DNA of 64,000 nucleotides from the human T2T-CHM13v2.0 reference genome, Homo sapiens: assembly GCF_009914755.1 (NCBI RefSeq), contig NC_060930.1. One strand, 5' to 3'. Shown one piece after another: positions 1 to 13,639 of this stretch. The notes below the pieces were generated by a model, which worked only from the letters and a program-made list of their open reading frames with translations, was not told the DNA's origin and ran no database searches. Every line of letters begins with the position of its first letter. Within the stretch, counting starts at the first letter, position 1. Position numbers and translations under genes: made by a program.

Positions 1-27
1 CAGGCAGCTAGAAAGAAGTGACAGGTC

Positions 28-343
<316 letters not shown>

Positions 344-1277
344 TCACTAACAAAGGGAACTCCATCAGGCTAGCAGTGGACCTCTCAGCAGAAACCACAA
401 AAGCCAGAAGAGGTTGAAGGTCTATTTTCAGCATCCTTAAAGAAAAGAAATTCCAATCAAGAATCTCATATCCTTTCAAACCAAGTTTCATAAGCAAAGG
501 AGAAATAAAATCCTTCTCAGACAAGCAAACACTGATGGAATTCATCACAACCAAATCAGACTTACAAGAGGTTCTTAAGAGAGTGCTAAACATGGTAACA
601 AAAGAACGACACCTGCTACCACAAAAGCACACTTAAATGCATAGCCCAGAAACACTATAAAGCAACTACACAATCAAGTCTACAAAACAACTAGCTAGCA
701 ATACAATGACAAAATAAAATTTCACATATCAATACTACCCCTTAATGTCCCTGCCCCACTTAAAAGACATAGAGTGGCAAGCTAAATAAAAAGACAAGAC
801 CCAAACATCCTCTGGCTTCAAGATACTCATCTCACATGTAGTGATACCCACAGGCTCAATGTAAATAGAGAAAGATCTACCCCGCAAATGGAAAACAAAA
901 ACGGATCAGAGATTGCTATTCTTATGTCAGCTAAAATAGACTTTAAACTGACAACAATTAATAAGGATAAAGAAGAGCATTACATGACACAAAAGATCCA
1001 ATTCAACAAGAAGACTTAACTGTTGTAAATATACATGCATCTGACATCGGAGCACCCAGATTCACAAAACAAGTTCCTCTTGACTGATGAAAAGGCTTAG
1101 ACAGCCATACAATAATAATGGGAGACTTCTACATCCCACTGACAGTATTAGACAGACCACTGAGGCAGAAAACTAACAAAGGAATTCTGGAATTAAATTC
1201 AACACTCAACTAATTGGACCAAATAGACATCTACAGAACACTCCACCCACCAGTCACAGAATATACAAGAAACATCC

Positions 1278-3603
1278 TGGTATGTTTCTCTCACCCTAAT
1301 CTCATCTCAAATTGTAATCCCCACATGTCCTGAAAGACATCTGGTAGGAGGTGACTGAAACATAGGGGTGGTTTCTCCAATGCTGTTCTCATGATAGTGA
1401 AGGAGTTCTCATGAAATCTGATGGTTTAAGACTGTGGCACTTCCTCCCTCATGCTCTGTCTCCTGTCACCTCATGAAGAAGGTGCCTGCTTCCCCTTCAC
1501 CTTCTGCCACAATTGTAAGTTTCCTGAGGCCTCCACATCCAGGCAGAACTGTGAGTCAATTAAACCTCTTTTGTTTACAAATTACCCAGTCTCAGGTGGT
1601 ATTCTTCACAGCAGTATGAAAACAGACTAATACAGGAAATTTGTACCAGGAGTGGGGCACTGCTATAAAGATAACCTGAAAATGTGGGAGCAACTTTAGA
1701 ACTGGGTAACAGGAAGAGGTTGGAACAGTTTGGATGGCGCAGAAGAAGACAGTAAGATGAGGGAAAGTTTGGAACTTCCTAGAGACTGTTGAATGGTTTT
1801 GACCAAAATGCTGATAGTGACAATGAAGTCCAGGCTGAGATGGTCTCAGATGGAGATGAGGAACTTACTGGAACTGTAGAGCAAAGGTCACTCTTGTTAT
1901 GCATTAGCAAACAGACTGACAGAATTTTGCCTCTGCCCTAGAGATCTGTGGAATTTTGAACTTGAGAGAGGGTATCTGGCAAAGAAATTTCCAAGCAGCA
2001 AACCAGATTTAGGGTATCTGGCAAAGAAATTTCTAAGCAGCAAAGTTTTCAAGAGGTGACCTAGCTTATTATGAAAGCATTCAGTTATATGCATTCACAA
2101 AGAGATGACTTGAAATTGGAACTTATGTTTAAAAGGGAAGCAGAGCATAAAGATTTGGAAAATTTGCAGCCCGACTATGTGGTAGAAAATAAAAACCCAT
2201 TTTCTGGGGAGGAATTCAAGCCAGCTGCAGAAATGTGCATAAGTAACTAGGTGCTGAATATTAAGAGTCAAGAGAATGGGCAAAATGTCTCCAGAGCATG
2301 TCAGAGACCTTCACAGCAGCCCCTCCAAACACAAGCCCAAAGGTCTAGGAGGAAAAAATTGCTCTGTGGGCTTGGCCCAGGGCACCACTCCTCTGTGCAG
2401 CTTCAGGACTTGGTGTCCTGTGTCCCAGACACTCCAGCTCCAGCCATGCCTCAAAGGAGCCAAGGTACAGCTTAGGCCATTGCTTCAGAGGGTGCAAGCC
2501 CCACGGCTTGGTGGCTTCCATGTGGTGTTGGGACTGTGGGTGTACAAAACACAAGAGTTGAGCTTTGGGAGCCTCCACTGATATCGGAGGATGTATGGAA
2601 ATGACTGGTGATCCAGGCAGAAGTCTGCTGCAGGGGCAGAGCCCTCAAGGAGAACCTCTACTAGGGCAGTGCAGAAGGGAAATGTGGGGTTGGAACCCCC
2701 AAGCAGAGTCCCCACTGGGGAACTGCCTACTGGAGCTGTGAGAAGAGGGCCACCATCTCCAGATCAGAGAAAGGTAGATCCACTGACAGCTTGCACCAAG
2801 CATCTGGAAAGGCTGCAGGCACTCAACACCAGCCCAAGAAAGCAGTCACAGGGGCAGAGCTGACCATGGTCTTGGGAGCTCATCCCTTGCATCAGCATTC
2901 CCTGGATGTGAGACCTGGAGTCATAGGAGATTATTTTGGAGCTTTAAGATTTAATGAGTGCCCTGCCAGGTTTTGGACTTGAATGGAGCCTGTGGCCCTT
3001 TTGTTTTGGAGTGGAAACATTTACCCAATGCCTGCACCCCCATTGTATCTTGGGAGTTAACTAACTCGATTTTCATTTTACAGGCTCATAGGCAGAAGGG
3101 ACTAGCTTTGTCTCAAATGAGACTTTGGACTTTCAGGTTAATGCTGGAATGAGTTTAGACTTTGCAGGACTGTTACAAAGGCATAATTGGTTTTGAAATG
3201 AGAAAAGGACATGAGACTTGGGAGGGGCCAGGGGTGTAATGATGTGGCTTGGCTCTGTGTCCCCACCCAAATCTCATCTCCAATTGTAATCCCCATGTGT
3301 TGAGGGAGGGGCCTGGTGGGAAGTGATTGGATCATGGGGGTGGTTTCCCATGCTGTTCTCATGATAATGAGGGAGTTCTCATGAGATCTGATGGTTTAAA
3401 AGTGGCAGTTTCCCCTGAACTCTCTCTCTCTCCTGCTGCCTTGTGATGAAGGTACTTGCTTCTCCTTCATCTTCTGCCACAATTTTAAGTTTCCTGAGGC
3501 TCCCCAAGCCATATGGAACTGTGTGTCAATTAAACCTTTTTTCTTCATGAATTACCCAGTCTCAGGTAGTATCTTTACAGCAGTGTGAAAATGGACTAAT
3601 ACA
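1278..3603 (+). mobile_element. THE1D-like MaLR provirus (5' LTR 1278-1634, internal region, 3' LTR 3240-3603)
   Basis: Two homologous TG...CA LTRs ending gactaataca; THE1-int sequence; polypurine tract before 3' LTR; 5-bp TSD catcc/cattc; the L1 EN-coding sequence resumes after it. Confidence 0.9.
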
Positions 3604-6600
3604 CATTCTAAGATCAAACACATGCTTGGTCATAAAGCAAATCTCAACAGATTTTAAAAAATCAAAATCATACCAACCACTTCCTTGGACCACAGCACAA
3701 TAAAAATATAATTCAATATCAAGAAGATCTTTCAAAACTACACAAATACATTGCAAATAAACAACTTGCTCCTGAATAATTTCTGGGTGAACATAAAAAT
3801 TAAGGCAGAAATTAAAAAGTTATTTGAAATTAATTAAAATAGGGACACAACACAACTTACCAAAATCTCTGGGATTCAGCCAAAGCAGTGTTAAGAGGAA
3901 ACTTCATAGTGCTAAACACCTTCATCGAGAAGTTAGAAACATCTCAAATTAACAACCTAACTTTGCACTTACAAGAACTAGAAAAAAAGAACAAACTAAC
4001 CCCAAAGATAGCAGAAGAAATAACTAAAATTAGAAAAGAAGTGAATGAAATTGAGATGCATGCATTCATATAAAAGATCAATGAAACCAAAAGTTAGTAC
4101 TTCAAAAGAATAAACAAAATTGATAGACTGCTAGCTACATCAACAAAGAAAACAGAGAAGATCCAAATAAGCACAATCAGGAATGACAGAAATGACATTA
4201 CAACTGATCACACATAAATACAAAGGACCCTCAGAGGCTACTATAGACAACTCCATGCACACAAATTACGAAACCTAAAGGATATGGATAAATTCCCAGA
4301 AGAATACAACCTCCTAAGATTGAATCAGGGAGAAAGTTTAAACTTGAACAAACAAATAACAAGTTCCAAAATTGAATTAGTAATAATAAACCAAAAACAA
4401 TCCTGGCCCAGATAGATTCCTAGCCAAATTCTACCAGGCATTCAAAGAAGAACTGGTACCAATCATACTGAAACTATTCCAAAAAAGGAATTCTATTCAA
4501 GGAGGAGGAGGGGCTCCTCCCTAACTCATTCTATGATGCCAGCATCAGCATGATACAAAAATTTGACAGAGACACAATGAAAAAAGAAAAACTTCACACC
4601 AATAACCTTGGCGAACATACATGCAAAAATCCTCAAAAAAATGCTATCAAACCCAACCCCAGTAGCACATCAAAAAGATAATACACCACAAACAAGTAGG
4701 CTTTATTCTTGGGATGCAAGGCTGATTGATAAATGTGATTCACCACATAAATATAATTAAAAACAAAAACCTTATGATCATCTTATTAGACACAGAAAAA
4801 GCTTTCAATAAAATCCAACATCCCTTCATGATAAAAGTCCTTAACAGAGTAGGCATTGAAGTAACTTATGTCAAAATAATAGGAGCCATCTATGACAAAC
4901 CCACAGGCAACATCATACAGAATGGGCCAAAGCTGGAAGCATTCCCCTTGAGAAGTAGAACAAGACAAGAATGCCTACTCTCACCACTCCTATTCAACAT
5001 AGTACTGGAAGTCCTAACTAGAGCAATAAGGCAATAGAAAGAAATAAAAGGCATCCAAATAGGAAAAGAAGAAATGAAACTATCTCTCTTTGCTGATGAT
5101 ATGATTCTGTACATAGAAAACTCTAAAGACTTTGCCAAAAGGCCTAGAACTGACAAATGACTTCAAAAAAGTTTCAAGACATAAAATCAATGTAAATTTC
5201 AGTAGCATTTCTATACACCAATTACATTTAAGCTAAGAGTAAAACCAAGAGAACAACATCATTTACAATAGCTACACACAAAAAAGAAAAATGAAATACC
5301 TAGGAATACAGTTAACAATAGGGGTGACAGATCTCTACAAGGAGAACTACAAAATACTGCTGAAGGAAATCAGAGATGAAACAAAAAAATGGAAAAATAT
5401 TCCATGCCTATGGATTAAAAAATCAGTATTATTAAAATGGCCATACTGTCCAAAGCAAATCATAAATTTAATGCTATTCCTATCTATGTCATTTTTCACA
5501 GAATTAGAAAAAACTATTCTAAAATTCATATGGAACCAAAAAAAAAGCCCAAAGAGCCAAAGCAATCCTAAGCAAAGAGAATAAATCTAGAGGCATCACA
5601 GCACTTGACTTAAAACAATACCATAAAGCTACAGTAACCAAAACAGTATGGTACTGGCACAAAAACAGTCACTTAGACAAATGGAACAGAATAGAGAACC
5701 CAGAAATAAAGTCCCACACTGCAACCATCTGATCTTTGTCTAAGCTGACAAAAAACAAGCAATTAGGAAAGGACTCCCTATTCAGTAAATGGTGCTCAGA
5801 TAACTGACTAGCCATATGCAGAAGACTGAAACTGGACCCCTGCCTTTCATCATATATGAAAATTAACCCAAGATAGATTAAAGATTTAAATATAAGACCT
5901 CAATCTATAAAAATCCTAGAAGAAAACAGGAGATACCCTTCTCTACATTGCCCTTGACAAAGAATTTTTGGCTAAGTCCCCAAAAGCAATTGTAACACAA
6001 ACAAAAATTGACAACTGGGACCTAATTAAATTAAAGAGCTTCTGCACAGCAAAATAAATGATCAATAGAATAAACAAACAACCTACAAACGGGGAGAAAA
6101 TATTCACAAACTGTGCATCTGACAAAGGTCTAATATCCGGAATTTATAAGGATCTAAAACAAATCAACAAGGAAAAAAACAAATAATCCCGTTAAAAATG
6201 GATAAAAGACATGAACAGATACTTCTCCAATGATGAAATTGTATAAGCAGCCAAGAACCATATGAAAAAAAGATGCTCAACATCACTAATCATCAGAGAA
6301 ATGCAAATCTAAACTACAGTGAGATAGATACCATCTCACACCAGTCAGAATGGCTATTATTAAAAAGTCAAAAAATGACAGATTCTGGCAATGCTATGGG
6401 AAAAGGGCATGCTTATACACTGTTGGTGGGAATACAAATGACTTCAGCGACTGTAGAAAGGAGTTTGGAGATTTGTCAAAGAATTTAAAACAGAGCCACC
6501 ATTTGACCCAGCAATCTCATTATTGGGTACATGAAGAAAGAAAAATAAATCATTCTACCAAAAATATACATGTATGTGTATGTTCATCCCTGCACTATTC

Positions 6601-7078
6601 ACAATAGCAAAGACATGGAATCAATCTAGTGCCCATTAACAGTGAATTGGATGAATCAAATGTGGTATATACACACCACAGAATCCTATGCAGCCATAAA
6701 AAAGAGTGAAATGTCCTTTCCAGCAACATGGAGGCAGCTAGAGACCAAAATCAGAGGCAAATTAACACAGGAACAGAATGCTAAATACCACATGTTCTCA
6801 CGTATAAGTGGGAGCCAAACATTGTGTACACATGGTAAAGATGGGGACAATAGACACTGTGGATTACCAGAGGGGAGAAGGAGGAACAGGAGTACGGGTT
6901 GAAAAACTGTCTATTGGGTACTATACTCAGTACTTGGGTGATAGGTTCAATCATACCCCAAACCTCAGCATCATGCAATAGAGCTTCAATATACCCCTGC
7001 AACAAACCTGGACATGTACCCCTGCATCTCAAATAAAAGTTGAAATAATTTTTAAAAAGGTTTCCTGTTTTGATCTTT

Positions 7079-7782
7079 TTTTTTAAAGTCAACAAAAGTC
7101 TTTCTTTCTAATGTAAAAATACATACTTTTTTCAGAGAGAGGGGGAACAACTTAAACCAGAAAACACCTTCATATTAATCATTCTTCTTATATACTTCAA
7201 ATTTGTACTTAATGCCTTTCTCCTCCTGGACATCAGAGAGAACGCCAGGGTATTCTGGCAGAAGTTTATATTTCTCAAAATCAATTTCTGGAAAACACGT
7301 GTCACTTTCAAAAGTCCTGCATGATCCTTGTCACAAATAGTTTAAGATGGCCTGGGTGATTCACGGCTTCCTTATAAACAGAACTGCCATCAAGTATCCA
7401 AATCATCTCTACTTTATTTGCTAATTCTGGTTGTTCAGTGAGTTGTGTTTTTTTTTGTTTTTTTTTGGTTTTTTTTTGAGACAGAGTCTCGCTCTGTCGC
7501 CCAGGCTGGAGTGCAGTGACGCGGTCCAGCTCACTGCAAGCTCTGCCTCCCGGGTTCACGCCATTCTACTGCCTCAGCCTCCCGAGTAGCTGGGACTACA
7601 GGCGCATGCCGCCACGCCTGGCTAATTTATTTTTATTTTTATTTTTAGTAGAGATGGGTTTTCACAGTGTTAGCCAGGATGGTCTCAATCTCCTGACCTC
7701 ATGATCCGCCCGCCTCGACCTCCCAAAGTGCTGGGATTACAGGTGTGAGCCATCACACCCAGCCGGTTGTTCAGTAAGTTTT
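7079..7782 (-). pseudogene. DHFR: DHFR processed pseudogene, 3' half of CDS plus short 3'UTR and poly(A); interrupted by AluY
   Basis: Minus strand reads [44 protein letters not shown], then a +1 frameshift near 7310, then [44 protein letters not shown] (stop 7175-7177); intronless; DHFR 3'UTR then A-tail at 7079-7084. Confidence 0.95.
7445..7764 (-). mobile_element. AluY inserted in the DHFR retrocopy
   Basis: AluY diagnostics (gcaagctc, gggttcacgccattct); 16-bp TSD ggttgttcagt(g/a)agtt at 7429-7444 and 7765-7780. Confidence 0.93.
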
Positions 7783-8042
7783 GTTTTTTTGTTTTGTTTT
7801 GTTTTATACTTTAAGTTCTAGGGTACATGTGCACAATGTGCAGGTTTATTTCATATGTATACATGTGCCATGTTGGTGGGCTGCACCCATTAACTCATCA
7901 TTTACATTAGGTATATCTCCTAATGCTATCCCTCCCCACTCCCCTCAACCCACGACAGGCCCCGGTGTGCGATGTTCCCCTTCCTGTGTCCAGGTTTTCT
8001 CATTGCTCAATTCCCACCTATGAGTGAGAATATGTGGTGTTT
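7783..8042 (-). mobile_element. 5'-truncated L1PA 3' end (about 240 bp) with A-rich tail joined to the DHFR sequence
   Basis: ttatactttaagttctagggtacatgtgcacaatgtgcagg...cccacctatgagtgagaatatgtggtgttt is the L1PA 3'UTR and ORF2 end. Confidence 0.93.
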
Positions 8043-9623
8043 TGATCTTTATGTGAGAAATTAAATTCTTTAATACTTGAACCATTATACATTTGGAGAC
8101 TTGTTTGTTACTGCAGCTAGCATACATCACTCTAGCAGGTATTGTCATTTAATCAAGAGGTATTTTCATTAGCACTACTATGTATGCATAATAACTACCA
8201 AATACACTAAATAGTCATTCCTGTTAAGAATGGCACCATAATTTATAAAAATATACCAATTCTTGTAGATATTTTACAACTGTGTAGCAGATTTTTTAAA
8301 TGTCCTTAACTCCTTGATCTTAGAAATCCACATATTTTAAATCACATTTTGGGTAAGTCATTCAGATATTAAACATTCTCAGTGAAATTTGCAAATACTA
8401 AATAAATTACAGATAAGCATGTGAACCATAAAAATGTTAGTAATAGTTGGTGAATTCAAGTGAGACAGAAAGGTGGTTATTAAGATACAGACTTAACATG
8501 TATATTTCTGACAAAGGAACAGTATTTGTACTAATTACACAAATGCATGGGAATCCTACTTAAATCATAATTTGTTAATTCTCATATGTTTTTATATAAT
8601 TTTGGTCAACATTAAAGACTCCTGGAACATCTTTCATTTGCTGAAGCATAAAATAATGATATTGTTCAAAGTGGCAAGTTTTTTCCTGCAAATCTGGTCT
8701 TTATTTCAAAACAACTTTGGATATTTTGTGCCACTTAGATTGGAATTGTTTCTGTATATTTTCTCTCTGGCAAACACAGAAGTAAACAAGTGCCAGAAAC
8801 GCTCATCTTTCCTTTCCCATAAGAATTCTTACCACCATTATCCACACCCTGGAGCATTAGACCCGCTTTATTCAGTTTATGTGAATAGGCTAAAATAAAT
8901 GGTGGGATGTTTAAACAACTGTGAGATAACTGCCTGGGGGTTACACTTAATGATCTCCAAAAGCATTCCAGCTGACACATCCCTGTGTACAAGCCAGAAG
9001 GGAGCAAAAGGTTTGACAGTAGGGGGTTGAAGAGGAGAGAAAAAAAGCTCTTTTGTATAAGCGCTTCATTCTTTGTCTTCTCATTCTCTCATTCTGTGTG
9101 GCCTGTGGAGGGGCCTATAAACACTGCATACCCCACCATTCCCCAAATGAGCTAAAGTCTTCATATGGCCCAAGACACTTCTTTCTTCCCATTCCCTTTT
9201 TTCCTTTCCTTCAGATATGCACTTTATAAAATAAGCATATTTGTGCATTCATGCAGCATGGTATATTTTACAAAGCTCTTTCACATCTGTTTTCACTGAT
9301 CTCTAGAACAACTCTTTGGCTGAACAGATCATGGTCACAATCAGATGAAGAAAATGAGGCTCATGGCAGCAATTTCCCCATGTCACACCGATTGGTGGTG
9401 AATGATTGAACCTGTGTTGGAACCTCCACATACCTCATTAAACACCCCACTAAATATGCAAATATCTTCATCTCTCTAAACACCTTCCTTCTTGAAAGAG
9501 TAATGAAATACTCTAATTTCCTTGTCCTTAGATAAATTATGCTCATGCATGAGAATGAAGTTGCTTAGGCTGAGCTAGGGATTAGTGAGGGTAGAATGAG
9601 GCTGAGATAGATTCAATGGCTTG

Positions 9624-10045
9624 TGATATGTTTGGATCTGTGTCCCCACCCAAAGCTCATGTTGAATTGTAACCCCCAATGTTGGAGGTAGGGCCTGGTG
9701 GGAGGTAATTGGATCACAGAGATGTTTCTCATGAATGGTTTAGCACCATCCTCTTGGTGCTGATCTCCTTATAGTGAGTGAGTTCTCATGAGATCTGGGT
9801 GTTTAAAAGTGTTAGCACCTCCCACCTCACTCTTGTTCTTGCTGCACCTGCCATATTTGACACCTTGCTCCCCCTTTGTCTTCTGCCATGATTGTAAGTT
9901 TTCTGAGGCCTCCCCAGAAGCCAATCAGATGCCAGCATAATTTTTCCTGTACAGCCTGTGGAACTGTGAGCCAATTAAATATTTTATTTATAAATTATCC
10001 AGTCTCAGGTATTTATTTACAGCAATGTGAGAACTGACTAATACA
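9624..10045 (+). mobile_element. MSTA solo LTR
   Basis: tgatatgtttggatctgtgtccccaccc...ctgactaataca; TSD gcttg/gtttg. Confidence 0.88.
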
Positions 10046-11375
10046 GTTTGTGGTGAAGTTGGCTGCTAGGCATCTTTGCCTGGGACTCCTGTAGTTCCTG
10101 GAATTGCTGATAGCAACAGCAGGGGCCAGAATGTCTTTCTCTTGGCAATCAAGCAGCAGCCTCTCCTTTCCAATGCAGCTCTCATGAGGCCCATTCCATT
10201 CCAATTGTCAGATTTGATAACTCAAGGATTGTGCAGGAAAAATTCTGGAAATACTTAAGGGTGACTCAGAAATCTCAGGTGCAAAATAAAAGCTGCATTC
10301 ATTTAATCACTTAAAAAATCAAGTGAGGTGCTTAAATGAGTCTTTGTGAATGTTGATTAACAACATTGTCTGTCAGCTTTGAACCAGAAAGATACACTAG
10401 TGAGAACACTGAGATGCCATCTCTTCTTCTGACTACCAGTGTCAGATAGCTTTGCATCTTGACTATGTGATTCAGATGATAACTTTCCCTTTATCTGTAA
10501 GACTACCAACCTCCTTCAGTAATCTAGGTTAATGTTTAATAGCAATGCAAGGAAGTTAAGCCTGATAAATCACCTAGTCCCTCAGTGACTCATCTGAATG
10601 CACTTCCTCCCCTCCTTTACCCTCCTCTTCCTCACTGTGGTAAATACACACATACAGACACACACAGAACACAAAAAGCTACCATCTTTCACTACATACG
10701 TTACCTTCCAAATAATGTTTTACTTACCTACAATCCACAAGTTGTACATCTCCTATTTATTTAATCATTTTTTTCATTGATTCAATGAATATTTATTGTG
10801 TTCAGTTCATACCAAGGTCTCATCTAGGACACCTAATTTCAGTTCCACAAGCTTTTCCTGTGGGATTCCTTTACAAATATTCTTGCTAATATCATTCCTT
10901 CAACAAGTATTGACTAAGTCCTGAACTATCAAGAAATAAGTTTGGATAGATGGCACAGGACCAGGCTTTTATTGCTCGATTCTGCTTCCTTCCAAGTTTT
11001 TCAACGCTTCTCCAAATTCCTGATATTATTATGGATTCTTTGCACAACTGAATGCACCTCAGTGTAACTATCACTCATGGAGCCTCCACTCTCAGCCAAG
11101 CACTGACCTGGCCCGCTGGAGATGAAAAGTGAACAAGACACTATTCCTACCCTTGAGGGGCTCACCTGTCTTTATGGTGAGTAAAGCGCTACCAGAAAAG
11201 CCCAATCAAGGACTCTGAGCATATAAGAAAGGAAGAAAGATGGAAACACTTGTGGCTTGCATACTTCTTGACCAGGCCAGGAATGTAGCACACAATCTTT
11301 TGTATGAAAGAGATTTATTCTCATCACTTTACAGATCAGGAAACTGAGCCTTATAGGGTCGAAACAATTCACCCT

Positions 11376-11669
11376 GGCTGGGCACAGTGGCTCACGACTA
11401 TAATCCTAACACTTTGGGAGGTCAATGTGGGTGGATTATTGAGCTAGGAGTTCAAGACCACCCTGGGCAACATGGTGAAACCTCATCTCTACAAAAAATA
11501 AACACACACACGCAAAATAGCTGGGTGTGGCGGCACATACTAGAGGGGCTGAGGTAGGAGGATCACTGGAGCCTGAGAGGTTAAGCCTGCAGTGGGCCAT
11601 GACTGTGCCACTGCACTCCAGCCTGGGCGACAGACAGAGACCCGGTCTCAAAAAATAAAGATAAAAAAA
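11376..11669 (+). mobile_element. AluJo, inserted in a MIR
   Basis: Alu dimer with J diagnostics (ggaggatcact, ccatgactgtgcc); TSD aatt(c/t)accc. Confidence 0.88.
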
Positions 11670-13639
11670 GTAATTTACCCAAATCTGCCTGACTATAAAG
11701 CCAGTGTCCATCCTACTACACCACACTTTCCTATGATCCTCACAGCTCAACATCTCAAACCCCTGTCTTCCCTCCAGCTTTCATATCCCAAGTATTCCTA
11801 TTCCTAATTCCTAATTGGAAAGACATCAGAAACAGGACCACAGCCTAGCATGTTTGGGCTGACAGAATAAAAGAAAATGAGAGCTTTCATATGTCTTTGA
11901 AGATCATTGCCTTTCAATGAACTATGATAATATCAAATAACAGTTATAAAGTTAGAGTTTACAATGCCATTTCACATTTAAGTCATAAATAGTAAAAACT
12001 GCAAGAGGGTACTAAGAACATGTTTCGTCCTTTTTACATATAGTTAGCATGGCAATGAGGAAAAGCAAAAAGGTAACAGTGGGCATCACCCCAACCACCA
12101 CTATTATCATTATCATCAACCTCAACAAGCAGAAAATGTTCCATGAGATTTAGATGCCAAGAATACTTCCAGAATTTTATAATTTTACTTACCTACAAAG
12201 TAAAATATCAAATTCTGCTGATATTCCTCCTCCTTGCATAGTGGATGAATGTTTCACCATTACAGTATGGATTTGTCTGTCTCTTTCTTTATCCCCATTA
12301 GCTTTGTGCTGTTAATCTGAAGCATCACTTCCATGGCCTGTGATTTGAGTGGTTGCCTCTAGATCTCAGTTTGAAAAATTAAGAAATAATAGAAATACCT
12401 GATCCTCGTATTAATTGAGCATCGACTAGGTAGAAGACTGAGTACAGGCATATATTAGATGGCATCTGGTCACAAGAGATAAAGCCTATAATTAAATAAC
12501 TCATCACCACAAGAAAAAGTTGTGTCATAAGAAAGATATAGAAAAATACATTCTAAGAAGCTTGAAAAGGAGAAACAGTGAATTCCAGAAAAACTTAGGA
12601 AATTTTTGTCAATACCAAATAAACTTTGCTGTGAGACGATGTGTCAAGAGTGGGTTTTTTAGAATTGCTATTTTCTATGTGGTAAGTTTTCATTCGAAAT
12701 ATTTTTGGAGAAATATTAAAAGCACTGGTGCCTTCAAATTTCAGGTATGTCAAATAAGCAACTATTGGTTGGGGTCATACACAAAAGTCTGTATTTCTAG
12801 ACTAGAAAATCACCTTAGGAAGCCTTTCTATTAATTACCATCAAAATTTTGTTACAGTTGTAGGTATCATGAGGATTTCAATAGAATTCTAAAGAATTTT
12901 AAAAATGGGAAATTTTAAGCTGGAGAAGGTAAACAAGAAATTTGTTCCTGTTGAGGAATGGTAGTAAATTTCTTCTTGTACATTAAGATTTTGTTTTTTC
13001 TCATACGCATGGTTTTTCATAATAACAAAAAATAATTTTATAGCAAATATTCCCAGAAAAAAACTAAAATTACAGACAAAGGTACAAGGACTAGAGCCAC
13101 ACATACTATTGTTCTATTATTATGAAATATGTTCAGTCAGATGAAGAGGCCTGGATGCCAGATACACCATATAAATAATTCAAAGTTTGTCTATCATATG
13201 TTTACCATGGGAAAGCTCCTCTGTGGTCAGAACAGCATGCAGAACATTGCACAGCCTGAAAACTTCTGCCAGATGCATTGTTTGAGGGTTTTATTAAATA
13301 AATCAAATCCAGACACCTTTGTCTTACACAATTTTCAATATAGAAAAGCTTCCCAAGAAATGTATAAGTCAATTGTAATCATCTTGCAAAGACACATATC
13401 TACACACACTTTACCTGGATGATAGATTTGTCCCCCAACAAGAACAATCATTTCTTATCCAGTATGTAAGATTCCCCACTACTGAAAATCACATTCAAAC
13501 CTATTGTATGGCCACTTGAGTTAATAAACTCCTGTTTGTAAAAATTGTGTCAATAGTCTCCTGAATTACTATTAAGTTTTAATGGCCTTCTCAGCATAGA
13601 TGTACTTATTTGAAGTAATCCTTCATATTTAAAGAAACA

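Noticed and set aside
2251-3362. Cluster of 60-100 aa ORFs
   Set aside because: All lie within THE1D-int or LTR sequence; no intact retroviral gene.
7308-7559. 83-aa Alu-DHFR fusion ORF as a functional gene
   Set aside because: Starts inside an Alu, lacks the DHFR N-terminal half and ends at a frameshift.
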